Virus record (IMG/VR): IMGVR_UViG_3300014206_000001
Coordinates: 2,645 to 66,644 of that record
Source: a virus
Taxonomy: Duplodnaviria > Caudoviricetes
Direction: 5' to 3' (one strand)
Length of the DNA: 64,000 bases
The position numbers were made by a program, and so were the translations under genes. The notes under the pieces were generated by a model. That model was not told the DNA's origin, ran no database searches, and saw only the letters and a list, made by a program, of their open reading frames with translations. Within the stretch, counting starts at the first letter, position 1. Every line of letters begins with the position of its first letter. Below, piece by piece: positions 45,926 through 54,136 of the stretch.

Positions 45926-46144
45926 ATGCACGAAATAACGTATCCTTATTTTATAGACGATCTTCCAAAAACAGACGAAAAAACTATAAACAAATACCAA
46001 CGGTTTATTTCAAAACAAATAAAGGAATACAGCAAAAAGGTTGGTTTTCAGAAAGCCAGACAAGATGCTAATAAAAAATATGGTAAATTTTGGAGAGAAA
46101 GACTTGAAGCTAAAAAGATATATAATATTAAAATAAATAATTAA
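45926..46144 (+). CDS. Basic hypothetical protein
   Basis: Tiled ORF. Confidence 0.55.
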   Translation: MHEITYPYFIDDLPKTDEKTINKYQRFISKQIKEYSKKVGFQKARQDANKKYGKFWRERLEAKKIYNIKINN

Positions 46145-46155
46145 AATCAAAAAAA

Positions 46156-46296
46156 ATGGAAGAAGCAATTAGTGATGAAATTATGGACTTTATTGAATCT
46201 AAATTTGAGGATTTAAACGAAGACAGTCAAGAAGAAGTATTAAATATTCTTGAAGGTGAATTATACAAATTAAGGAGTGAATTAGAACCAAAATAA
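46156..46296 (+). CDS. Very acidic 46-aa protein (absent from ORF track)
   Basis: MEEAISDEIMDFIESKFEDLNEDSQEEVLNILEGELYKLRSELEPK; A-rich leader. Confidence 0.6.
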   Translation: MEEAISDEIMDFIESKFEDLNEDSQEEVLNILEGELYKLRSELEPK

Positions 46297-46307
46297 AAAA
46301 CAATAAA

Positions 46308-46640
46308 ATGAAAAACCTATTAAAAGAAAACGATGTAGCAAAATGCAATTCACAGGAAGAAAGAGAAATGATAATCAATATTGCCTTAAGATTGAATATT
46401 GGAGTAGGTGAAGATACTATCGAATCCAAAAAAAACACAAGGTATCCTAATTTAGTTTTTTCCGACAAACATATTTCGGGCTTAATGAGCGGTAATCTTA
46501 GTGGATATAAATATCACACTCCCCTCCAATTTATAGCAAAAATGGTAGGGGTTGGTGAAGAAAGAAGCTTAAAAATAGCAAACTTGGAAGACAGGATTAA
46601 AGATATGCAGAAAGAGATTGAAGAATTAAAAAAACAATAA
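46308..46640 (+). CDS. Hypothetical protein
   Basis: Tiled ORF. Confidence 0.6.
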   Translation: MKNLLKENDVAKCNSQEEREMIINIALRLNIGVGEDTIESKKNTRYPNLVFSDKHISGLMSGNLSGYKYHTPLQFIAKMVGVGEERSLKIANLEDRIKDMQKEIEELKKQ

Positions 46641-46643
46641 ACA

Positions 46644-47009
46644 ATGGAAAATTTAACAGACTTATTAGAAACGTTAGCGACAAAGTTAGGAACAACAACA
46701 GAGTACTTATGGGGTGTATTAATAAGACAAGCATCTATTAATGCGATGATTAATTTGGTTTATTTTGTGTTTGTATTGCTTGCAGGAGTTGGATTGTATA
46801 TGTTACATAAAAAGTTCTCAAAAGAAGATGATGATGGCGATAGTATATATAGCGATAGTGATGAAGCAATACCTACCATTATGGTGATCGTAACTATTAT
46901 ATGGATTATTATGTTCTTTGTAGGTTTTTTCTCTTTAGGGAGTGTTTTTTACGGATTTTTTAATCCTGAATACTGGGCGTTAGAAAAAGTTTTAAATGTT
47001 TGTAATTAA
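46644..47009 (+). CDS. Two-TM phage membrane protein
   Basis: LATKLGTTTEYLWGVLIRQA followed by two TM helices. Confidence 0.7.
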   Translation: MENLTDLLETLATKLGTTTEYLWGVLIRQASINAMINLVYFVFVLLAGVGLYMLHKKFSKEDDDGDSIYSDSDEAIPTIMVIVTIIWIIMFFVGFFSLGSVFYGFFNPEYWALEKVLNVCN

Positions 47010-47011
47010 AA

Positions 47012-47111
47012 TTTGCGTATTAAATAAAAATAACTATATTTACACAATTGTTTTCATAATTGTTAGTTTAGTTTATTAGGAAAGAGAATCCGTTCTGGGT
47101 TCTCTTTTTTT
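47012..47111 (+). ncRNA. Candidate small RNA: promoter, about 65 nt with no ORF, then terminator
   Basis: TTTG-N19-TATATTTA at 47012-47042; body CAATTGTTTTCATAATTGTTAG...; hairpin 47081-47107 plus U-tract. Confidence 0.45.
47081..47111. terminator. Intrinsic terminator between convergent transcription units
   Basis: AAAGAGAATCC-GTTCT-GGGTTCTCTTT followed by Ts. Confidence 0.85.
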
Positions 47112-48807
47112 AGTACAACCCAATATAATCATTCTCTGTAAATTCTATTTCCTTTTCCTTCCTTGCCCTACCATCGAGTATAAATATTGATCTATATACT
47201 ATAATATCAGTATAATCCGGAGAATAACCATATCTGGATTTAAACTCTATTTTATTATTATAATAGTATTTATTACCCTTTGTAGTCATCCTGAACACAT
47301 CTGATTCCTCTTGTAGAATATCTATAAGGTATTTTGGTGTTTTACTTTTGCCATGAGGAAATTGCCTGTATTTATCTATCGTACATGATATTTTACCTGT
47401 TTCAAGTAAGAATTGTGTCTTACCCATTAATTGAGATCGTATATTGAAAAATTGCTCTGTAGTCACTGGGTTACCTGCTTCATCAATCTCTTGTATTGGC
47501 CTTACGTTTGATGTTATAGCACGACCATTTGTGAAAGCTTTTAAATAAGAACCAACACCTGTAGCATCAAAAGCAAAATTGCCTATCTTAATTCCATATT
47601 TATTAAGCATAAATTCAATCCAAGGTGGAAGTTGCTTTAAATCTCCATTAAATAACTCTACTGCTGTTATCGTAAGTTCCTTCCATATCATCAAAGCGCA
47701 ATTATCTCCACCATCTGCAACATCTAATGTGCCATACATCTCTTCACCTTCCTTGTATGGATTAATCCATATGTTGCTTATCATTTGTTTTGATACAGTA
47801 GCCTCACCTTCCGTGTCTTCATTCCAGTTTTCATAGAACAGCTTATTTGTTTCTGTAGAACCTAAATTGAAAACATTGGCTGCATGACCACCCTGTGTAG
47901 CTGACATCAATATTCTATTCTCTGTCATCTTACATGGTCTAAATGTTATACTCTTGACCATCATCTCCGGAGTTATGTTTATCGCCTTCATGTCTTCCGG
48001 GATAACTATATTACACCTCTTTACTAACTCTTCTCTTGAATCGCCCCAAACTATCTCATGTGGTGTGTTTCCTTTTATGTGACAATATCTTATCTTGCCT
48101 AACTTCGCAGGATCAACAACTGCTCTACCGTCTGGTAATTCTTTTAACCACCAATCTATAAGCACCCTTGTAAAATGGTGAGAGTTTGTATTGAATGTCA
48201 TTATAAACTTACTCTTCATGTGTGAGCTATCTCTATTTCTACTGAGTAAATAGTTTACAATTTTCCAATCATGGTCAGTGGCTTCATCTACAAATATTCG
48301 TGAATCCTGAAAGTTCTTGAACTTTTCTTGTGCATCAGATAATCCTTTTTCCGTTGATGCAGAGAAGTTAGCATGAGTAAATGTTATAGATGTTCCCCAT
48401 TCCGGAAAAGTGAATGTTGGGTTATCACTTCCGGAAAACTCACAACCTGCAAATCCCATATATAATCTTTTTGCATCATCAATGATACCTCCGGCTCCGG
48501 ATTTTGTTGAAACTAATTGCTTTTTAATTATAAGACAACCATAACCGGGTTGGTCTATTCCATCTAGGGCTGCAAGTAATAATCCTAAGGTCTTACCCCC
48601 ACCAGGCTGACCACCAAGTAGTTGTATGTCCACATCCTCTGTTATCATTATTTCTTGTAGTCCCGGCTGTGGCATAAAATCTATACCTTTTCTTAGTTCT
48701 ACACCATCAACTTTTGTCCACCCATCATCACCTACTACACCCAGTTTTCTTTCTACTTTTGGGTATAACTTAGGGAAGTGTGTGTCTATGTTTCTTAGTT
48801 TAAGCAT
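47110..48807 (-). CDS. Terminase large subunit
   Basis: PQPGLQ, Walker A GGQPGGGKT, Walker B IFVDEAT, TFN, nuclease LDVADGGD, FDATGVG, SPDYTD. Confidence 0.9.
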   Translation of the reverse strand: MLKLRNIDTHFPKLYPKVERKLGVVGDDGWTKVDGVELRKGIDFMPQPGLQEIMITEDVDIQLLGGQPGGGKTLGLLLAALDGIDQPGYGCLIIKKQLVSTKSGAGGIIDDAKRLYMGFAGCEFSGSDNPTFTFPEWGTSITFTHANFSASTEKGLSDAQEKFKNFQDSRIFVDEATDHDWKIVNYLLSRNRDSSHMKSKFIMTFNTNSHHFTRVLIDWWLKELPDGRAVVDPAKLGKIRYCHIKGNTPHEIVWGDSREELVKRCNIVIPEDMKAINITPEMMVKSITFRPCKMTENRILMSATQGGHAANVFNLGSTETNKLFYENWNEDTEGEATVSKQMISNIWINPYKEGEEMYGTLDVADGGDNCALMIWKELTITAVELFNGDLKQLPPWIEFMLNKYGIKIGNFAFDATGVGSYLKAFTNGRAITSNVRPIQEIDEAGNPVTTEQFFNIRSQLMGKTQFLLETGKISCTIDKYRQFPHGKSKTPKYLIDILQEESDVFRMTTKGNKYYYNNKIEFKSRYGYSPDYTDIIVYRSIFILDGRARKEKEIEFTENDYIGLY

Positions 48808-48833
48808 TTTATTTGTAAAAATAATGAAAAATA

Positions 48834-48866
48834 TTTGATTATTGTTGATAAATAATATTATATTTG
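48834..48866 (+). promoter_or_regulatory. Bacteroidota promoter for the Com/tRNA/head operon
   Basis: TTTG-N21-TATATTTG. Confidence 0.75.
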
Positions 48867-48869
48867 TAT

Positions 48870-49046
48870 ATGGAAAATAAAACAGTATCATCGAGTTGTT
48901 GCAAATACAAGTGTGATTGCTGCGGGAAAATACTTCCTGTGGCAATTATAAATCTAAAAGGAGAGGTGACATTGTCAGTTTTTTGTAGACATTGTAAATC
49001 AACTACGATTATAAATGTCAAAAATTGCGAAGTAGAGCAGAGGTAG
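48870..49046 (+). CDS. Com-like (Mu) zinc-ribbon protein
   Basis: YKCDCCGKIL..LSVFCRHCKSTTII. Confidence 0.7.
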   Translation: MENKTVSSSCCKYKCDCCGKILPVAIINLKGEVTLSVFCRHCKSTTIINVKNCEVEQR

Positions 49047-49097
49047 CTCGTTAGCTTCATGAGCTAAAGGTCGGTGGTTCAAATCCATCCTTCGCTA
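49026..49097 (+). tRNA. tRNA-Met(CAT), initiator-like body; CCA not encoded
   Basis: Acceptor TGCGAAG/CTTCGCT (1:72 mismatch), D-stem GAGC/GCTC, anticodon arm TTAGC-TTCATGA-GCTAA, T-arm GGTGG-TTCAAAT-CCATC. Confidence 0.9.
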
Positions 49098-49134
49098 CAA
49101 AGTGTCCAAGAGACCGAAAAAATATAGAGGCTAT

Positions 49135-49184
49135 AAGCCCAGACGTGAGATGAAAAACATCTTATTGTCTGGGCTTTTTATTTT
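49135..49184 (+). terminator. Long hairpin + U-tract between the tRNA and the scaffold gene (terminator/attenuator)
   Basis: AAGCCCAGAC..GTCTGGGCTT 10-bp stem with an inner GAGATG/CATCTT stem, followed by TTTTATTTT. Confidence 0.7.
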
Positions 49185-49207
49185 AATTTAAAATTTATAG
49201 AAACACT

Positions 49208-49900
49208 ATGAAATTTACAAAAGAACAAGTGATTAAAAACTTGAAAGAACAGTTGTCACAGCAGGGACAAACCCTCACACTTAGTGACAGAACGTTGAGC
49301 GAAACATTAGATACACTAATGCCCGTACTTGCTACAGATGATACAGAACTTGCTGATTTCGGAAAGATTGTTTTGCCAATCATAAAAACAACTAACGGAA
49401 ATCTTATAAAGGAAAAAGCTGATAGCATCAAAGCATGGGAAATTGCTCATCCTACAAAGGAACCAGAAGGTAATACACCTCCTGAAACTCCACCCAGTTT
49501 AGACGCAACAACTCTTGCGAAACTTATTTCTGAGGGAATATCAAAAGCGGTAGATCCGTTGAGAGAAGAACTCACAAATATTAAAACAAAAGACAAAAAG
49601 GCGCAACTGATTGGACAAGCAAAAGAACTGTTCTTAGCGAAAAAGCCTGATCCTAAATGGAAGTCAGCTTATGAGGATTCCATTGAACTAGTATCCAGAG
49701 ATATTACAGATCAAGACACTCCGGAAACTATATCTGCCTCCATTGAACAAAGGTTTAATAAGGTAGTATCTATGTCGGGCGCAATGTCCGGATACGTTCC
49801 TAATGAAGGTGGAGCTGGTGGTGCAGATCAAACAAAAGCTGCTACTACTTTAGCTGTAAAAACACTTACAGAAGCGGGAATGTTACCAAAAAAAGAATAA
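49208..49900 (+). CDS. Capsid scaffolding protein
   Basis: Helical/coiled coil, P/E/T-rich linker, located before the head genes. Confidence 0.65.
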   Translation: MKFTKEQVIKNLKEQLSQQGQTLTLSDRTLSETLDTLMPVLATDDTELADFGKIVLPIIKTTNGNLIKEKADSIKAWEIAHPTKEPEGNTPPETPPSLDATTLAKLISEGISKAVDPLREELTNIKTKDKKAQLIGQAKELFLAKKPDPKWKSAYEDSIELVSRDITDQDTPETISASIEQRFNKVVSMSGAMSGYVPNEGGAGGADQTKAATTLAVKTLTEAGMLPKKE

Positions 49901-49923
49901 TTTATTTATCTAAAATTTAAAAA

Positions 49924-50559
49924 ATGAGTTTTAATACTTACGGTAAAATAACTAAGACATATGGAGGGAATACCCCTGTATGGTTAGGAGACGGAGAGAT
50001 ACTACCGGGTGGAGGCTCTTTGGTTGCACAATATGTAATTGAAGACGCATTATATCCAGCAGGAACTCCCGTGTATCTTTCAGGTATGGGTGGAGATTTA
50101 ACCCCATTGGAAGTTTTTGAAATACAGGCAGATGTTAGCATAGTAGACACTAGTCTTTATATATCTGCTGGTAATTTTGGTACTGTCCCATTGGCAGAAA
50201 GTGTTTATGGAGTTTTACCATCATCTGGTACAACTATAGCTTTATCATCTGATGTTTCCACTGTTTCTAGTGTTGATGCTTCTGGTAATTACAAACTAAC
50301 GTTTACTGCTGGTGCATTTGGTGCTGCTTCTGCCGGAGATTATCTCGTATTTTCTTCTGAGGCTGGTGCATCTAAGCCAATGCTTGCTCCTGTCAATGGA
50401 TTGTTATACAATGACATTTACTTTGAGGAAGATATAACTGATGCTACTGCAACTGGGGCTGTTAGGGTTTCAGGTCAAATATTGGAAGACCGTATTCCTA
50501 CTATACCTGCATCCATTAAGGCACTTTTGCCGAAAATAACTTTTATTAAAGAGGAATAG
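49924..50559 (+). CDS. Head decoration protein
   Basis: PAGTPV..NGLLYNDIY..ATGAV pattern; lies between scaffold and capsid genes. Confidence 0.6.
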   Translation: MSFNTYGKITKTYGGNTPVWLGDGEILPGGGSLVAQYVIEDALYPAGTPVYLSGMGGDLTPLEVFEIQADVSIVDTSLYISAGNFGTVPLAESVYGVLPSSGTTIALSSDVSTVSSVDASGNYKLTFTAGAFGAASAGDYLVFSSEAGASKPMLAPVNGLLYNDIYFEEDITDATATGAVRVSGQILEDRIPTIPASIKALLPKITFIKEE

Positions 50560-50562
50560 AAT

Positions 50563-51747
50563 ATGAATACTTACCCAAAAAATACGTACGATCTCCTTGC
50601 CGGTGCGCTTGGAAATAATGGCAATAAAGAATTACAGGGATTTTTGGATGACGTTATGTCACTCAAATACAATTCCCTTGATTTATCGGGATTCCCAATG
50701 TCATCTGATATGTTACTTGACTTCACTTATGAACAAGTACAGAAAGAGTTGAAAATGAACGTAATGGCTACTTATGTAGACATTGATTCTCCTGCTATCC
50801 CGCTTGCAACAGAGGGATTCTCATTGGAAACAGGTAAAATTCCTAGAATGAAATTAACCGAGTTTTTTAATGAGGATAAAATTCGTAAACAGAAAATCCT
50901 TGAACAGAGATTCGGTGCAGGAGCTAACAGAGCAAAACAGGCTGCTGTAAAAGATTTGTTTATCACCGTTGATAAATTGATTGGTGGGCATACAAACTCC
51001 TTGACATATCAACGTCATCAAGTTGTTTCTACTGGTGAATTTACACTAAGTTCTACGAATAATCCTCGTGGTATAACTGGTCATAAATTTGCAGCTCATG
51101 TTCCTACAGCTAATAAAGAAACATTAGCAGGAAATTATAGATGGTGGACAGCTGTTTCTGCATCAGGTGTTTATTCAAGTGAAGGATCTAGTTGTGACCC
51201 TAAACAGGATTTAATTGATATGGTAGATGTTGCTGATGACGCAGGAGTATCTTCTAAACATTTTGAAATTGATAAATTGTATGCTAAGCAGCTTGTTAAT
51301 CATACTCAGATTAAACAAGCCATTGGTTATTATATTAACCCAGAGGCAACGAGTGACACTGTAGCTAGACAGATTACAACTAATTTATCACTTGATAAGA
51401 AGTTGGAAATTCTAGGTCTTGTTGTCGGTGCGCCATTTACTTATGTTGATAGTATAGTTTCTGTAGAGAAATTAGTCAATGGAGTTATTACAAGACCTCA
51501 GTTTAGAGCATTTGAAGCTAATTCAATTGTCCTTATCCCTGACGGTAATTTAGGAGAAACATTAACTGTAGAACCTATTACTCTTGCAGGAGGAACTTAT
51601 GGTACATTCTATGGTGGTCGATTATTAATGACCGTGGATTATGACTATGTTAAAAAATTGCAGGCTTATTATACAGAAATGACCTCATTGGTTGTTCCTG
51701 ACAAACCTCAATATATGTGGTACTTACATCCATACGCAAAAGCTTAA
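50563..51747 (+). CDS. Major capsid protein (HK97 fold, lambda E-like)
   Basis: 394 aa; MATYVDIDSP, GKIPRM, RHQVVSTG, SLVVPDKP. Confidence 0.85.
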   Translation: MNTYPKNTYDLLAGALGNNGNKELQGFLDDVMSLKYNSLDLSGFPMSSDMLLDFTYEQVQKELKMNVMATYVDIDSPAIPLATEGFSLETGKIPRMKLTEFFNEDKIRKQKILEQRFGAGANRAKQAAVKDLFITVDKLIGGHTNSLTYQRHQVVSTGEFTLSSTNNPRGITGHKFAAHVPTANKETLAGNYRWWTAVSASGVYSSEGSSCDPKQDLIDMVDVADDAGVSSKHFEIDKLYAKQLVNHTQIKQAIGYYINPEATSDTVARQITTNLSLDKKLEILGLVVGAPFTYVDSIVSVEKLVNGVITRPQFRAFEANSIVLIPDGNLGETLTVEPITLAGGTYGTFYGGRLLMTVDYDYVKKLQAYYTEMTSLVVPDKPQYMWYLHPYAKA

Positions 51748-51750
51748 CCT

Positions 51751-52107
51751 ATGGCACTAACAATAGATCAATATTTACAGGTAATTCAGGGAATAACATT
51801 CTCAGATACTCAGATAGGAAGAACATTGATGAAAAATGGGATTTCTTCTGGTGTGCCTGCTTCTGATGTTAGTGAGCAATTACGAGATTTGGCAGAAGCT
51901 GATATGTTCTATAACGCTTCATTAATGGTAAATGGTGGTGCTTATTCTAAAAAAATAAACAACCGCACAATATCAGAAACGTATGGATCTGTCAGCGATG
52001 CCAGAGTATCGTGGTTAAAAATAGCAAATAGCCTTCGTGCAAAATGGAGCCTACCAGCTTATGATTCACAGAACGAGATTTTTGACGCATCAATATTTTG
52101 GCAATGA
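51751..52107 (+). CDS. Head-tail adaptor
   Basis: Size and position after the capsid gene; LAEADM..WLKIANSLRAKW. Confidence 0.65.
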   Translation: MALTIDQYLQVIQGITFSDTQIGRTLMKNGISSGVPASDVSEQLRDLAEADMFYNASLMVNGGAYSKKINNRTISETYGSVSDARVSWLKIANSLRAKWSLPAYDSQNEIFDASIFWQ

Positions 52108-52541
52108 AAGAGACTATAGTAAGAACTCCTTTATTTTTCAACAATAAGGTAATTTCCTTCAACGGGAACCTTCTTATGTTTAATGTGCTTATAAGCTTAA
52201 ACAATAATGATAGTTTCTTTTATCCTCATACCTGTGCTATTTATAGACACACAGGCGAATTGGATGATAATGGATTGGAAATAACAAAGGGAATTTACTA
52301 TGGTATCTGTGGTTACGATAACAATTCAAATGGAAGTACATCTTTTCAGGGGATTTCATGGCAAACATCACCATCTATAATAATTCCTGAAACAGATATA
52401 AACTTTGAAATAAACGATGTTGCCGTTATTAATCTTGAAAATGAACGTGTGGTTAAGGCTTCTGTAAAACAGCCAGAGGTTCAATTGGAAAAAGAATTTA
52501 TGGGTACAACATTATGGTTAAAATCAGGAAACGATGAGTAA
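52104..52541 (+). CDS. Head closure/neck protein
   Basis: Synteny; HTCAIYR..YYGIC. Confidence 0.5.
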   Translation: MKETIVRTPLFFNNKVISFNGNLLMFNVLISLNNNDSFFYPHTCAIYRHTGELDDNGLEITKGIYYGICGYDNNSNGSTSFQGISWQTSPSIIIPETDINFEINDVAVINLENERVVKASVKQPEVQLEKEFMGTTLWLKSGNDE

Positions 52542-53082
52542 CACAAGTCATAATATGAATGTATTGTCAAAAGCAATGGGAAGAAAACTTGGTGGTTCTG
52601 GAAATTCAGAAGGTATCGCTAAAAGTATTTTCACATCCGTTGCGCACGATATGTTCTCTTGGCTTAATTCTCAGTCTTATTATCAGAATAGAACATTCAA
52701 CTTGTCTGATAGTATTGGTTTCGGAATTTATAATGATGGTTTATTGGTGAAATGGATTTCTAATCGTGGTACGAGTGCTACGACTAATAAAACCTATACT
52801 TATCATGGTATAAAACAAACAATAAGTGGACGTAAAATGCTCGAATCAGCCATTAATTATACGTGTGGTGCATTAGGGTTTTATTCTATGAAAGTTTTTT
52901 GTGCAGTACCTTATGGTGCATGGGTTGAATTAGGAAAAGGGAATCAACGAAGCGATGGACGTGCAAAAGATGGAGTTGGTTGGTGGAGTGAAGGACTTAT
53001 TCCTAAAATCAAAACCCGATTTGTTTCAGAATGTAAAAAGAGAAAAATACAAGTAAAGGATTTTAATTATGGTGAATCTTAA
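52534..53082 (+). CDS. Neck/tail component (HK97 gp10-like)
   Basis: YQNRTFNLSDSIG..AVPYGAWVE. Confidence 0.6.
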   Translation: MSNTSHNMNVLSKAMGRKLGGSGNSEGIAKSIFTSVAHDMFSWLNSQSYYQNRTFNLSDSIGFGIYNDGLLVKWISNRGTSATTNKTYTYHGIKQTISGRKMLESAINYTCGALGFYSMKVFCAVPYGAWVELGKGNQRSDGRAKDGVGWWSEGLIPKIKTRFVSECKKRKIQVKDFNYGES

Positions 53083-53479
53083 TGTCAATCCGGCCGGTGA
53101 CCTTAAAACACTTATTGCTGCATCAATGGATGCTGATTTTGTTATTTACACAAATGGAGGAACGCCAACAGCGGGATTACCAGATGAGTTTATAACAATA
53201 GAGCAAAATGGTGGCATAGGTTCAAAGGGCATAAAAAGGAGTACAGCTAATTGTGTGTTAATGGTTAGTATATATAGAAAACTATTATCAACAGAAGCCA
53301 CAAACTCAGTCCGGGAAGACTTTTTGTTAGCAAAGTTTCAATCTTTATTCAGTAGTCCACTTATTTCTTCTGAGTTCAGCTTTTCCATTGATAAAGAAGC
53401 AATGGTTTATAGAGGAAAGAATATTCAAGAAGGGTATTCTACTAGAATTTTAAATGTAAAAGTAAATATTAATTATTAA
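53069..53479 (+). CDS. Tail terminator
   Basis: Synteny; PDEFITIEQNG. Confidence 0.55.
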   Translation: MVNLNVNPAGDLKTLIAASMDADFVIYTNGGTPTAGLPDEFITIEQNGGIGSKGIKRSTANCVLMVSIYRKLLSTEATNSVREDFLLAKFQSLFSSPLISSEFSFSIDKEAMVYRGKNIQEGYSTRILNVKVNINY

Positions 53480-53490
53480 AAAATAAAATT

Positions 53491-54072
53491 ATGGCAGGAA
53501 TTACAAAATTAGATCCCAGTGTAGGCTCATGCTTCGTGGGAGATGGCGACTTCGTCATTTTTGATGAGATTGCAGATTTTTCATCTGCAACATTATTAAC
53601 GCTTGCAAATCCAAAATCTGTGGGTGATGTAGCACAAGATTCCGTTTCCTGGGATGGAGACGATGTAACAGTAACACCTATTAAAAACACGAAAGGAGAG
53701 ATTATTTGTTCTTATGCTACGGCTGGAACATTTGCATTCTCATTAAATCTCCTTAATTTTAGTAGCGCAGTTCTTAAAAAGTTCATGAAAGGAGAAGCTA
53801 TAACAGCCGCATTGGATTCTTCTACTGGATGGATTGGAGCTACCGATATTGTAGGAATAGGTGATGACTTACCTGTTATTTATGCTCCTATAGCATGGAT
53901 TAATCAGGATTTAAACAAAGTTATAATCTTTCCTAAGGCTCAGATAGCTTCATCTCCCGTAAGAGATAGTAACGGTAATCTTATAAAGGTTTCAGTTACA
54001 GCTATGAAGGTATCCACAGATGACTTGAAAACATTGATGAGCATCTCTGGTGCAACTGTAGTCTACGAGTAA
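53491..54072 (+). CDS. Major tail tube protein
   Basis: 193 aa, beta-rich; VGDVAQDSVSWDGDD..IIFPKA; followed by a terminator. Confidence 0.75.
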   Translation: MAGITKLDPSVGSCFVGDGDFVIFDEIADFSSATLLTLANPKSVGDVAQDSVSWDGDDVTVTPIKNTKGEIICSYATAGTFAFSLNLLNFSSAVLKKFMKGEAITAALDSSTGWIGATDIVGIGDDLPVIYAPIAWINQDLNKVIIFPKAQIASSPVRDSNGNLIKVSVTAMKVSTDDLKTLMSISGATVVYE

Positions 54073-54091
54073 AGGATTTTTATCTTAATGT

Positions 54092-54126
54092 GAAAGGTGG
54101 GTGATTTCGCCTGCCTTTCTTTTTAA
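54092..54126 (+). terminator. Intrinsic terminator after the tail tube gene
   Basis: GAAAGGTGGGTGA..TCGCCTGCCTTTC followed by a T-run. Confidence 0.7.
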
Positions 54127-54136
54127 AAAGGAATTG

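Noticed and set aside
48808-48945. ORF-track N-terminal extension of terL (also of nrdD 26187, portal 38449, HNH 28556)
   Set aside because: The extensions run through promoters or neighbouring genes; downstream ATGs with A-rich leaders (48807, 26289, 38542, 28607) are the better starts.
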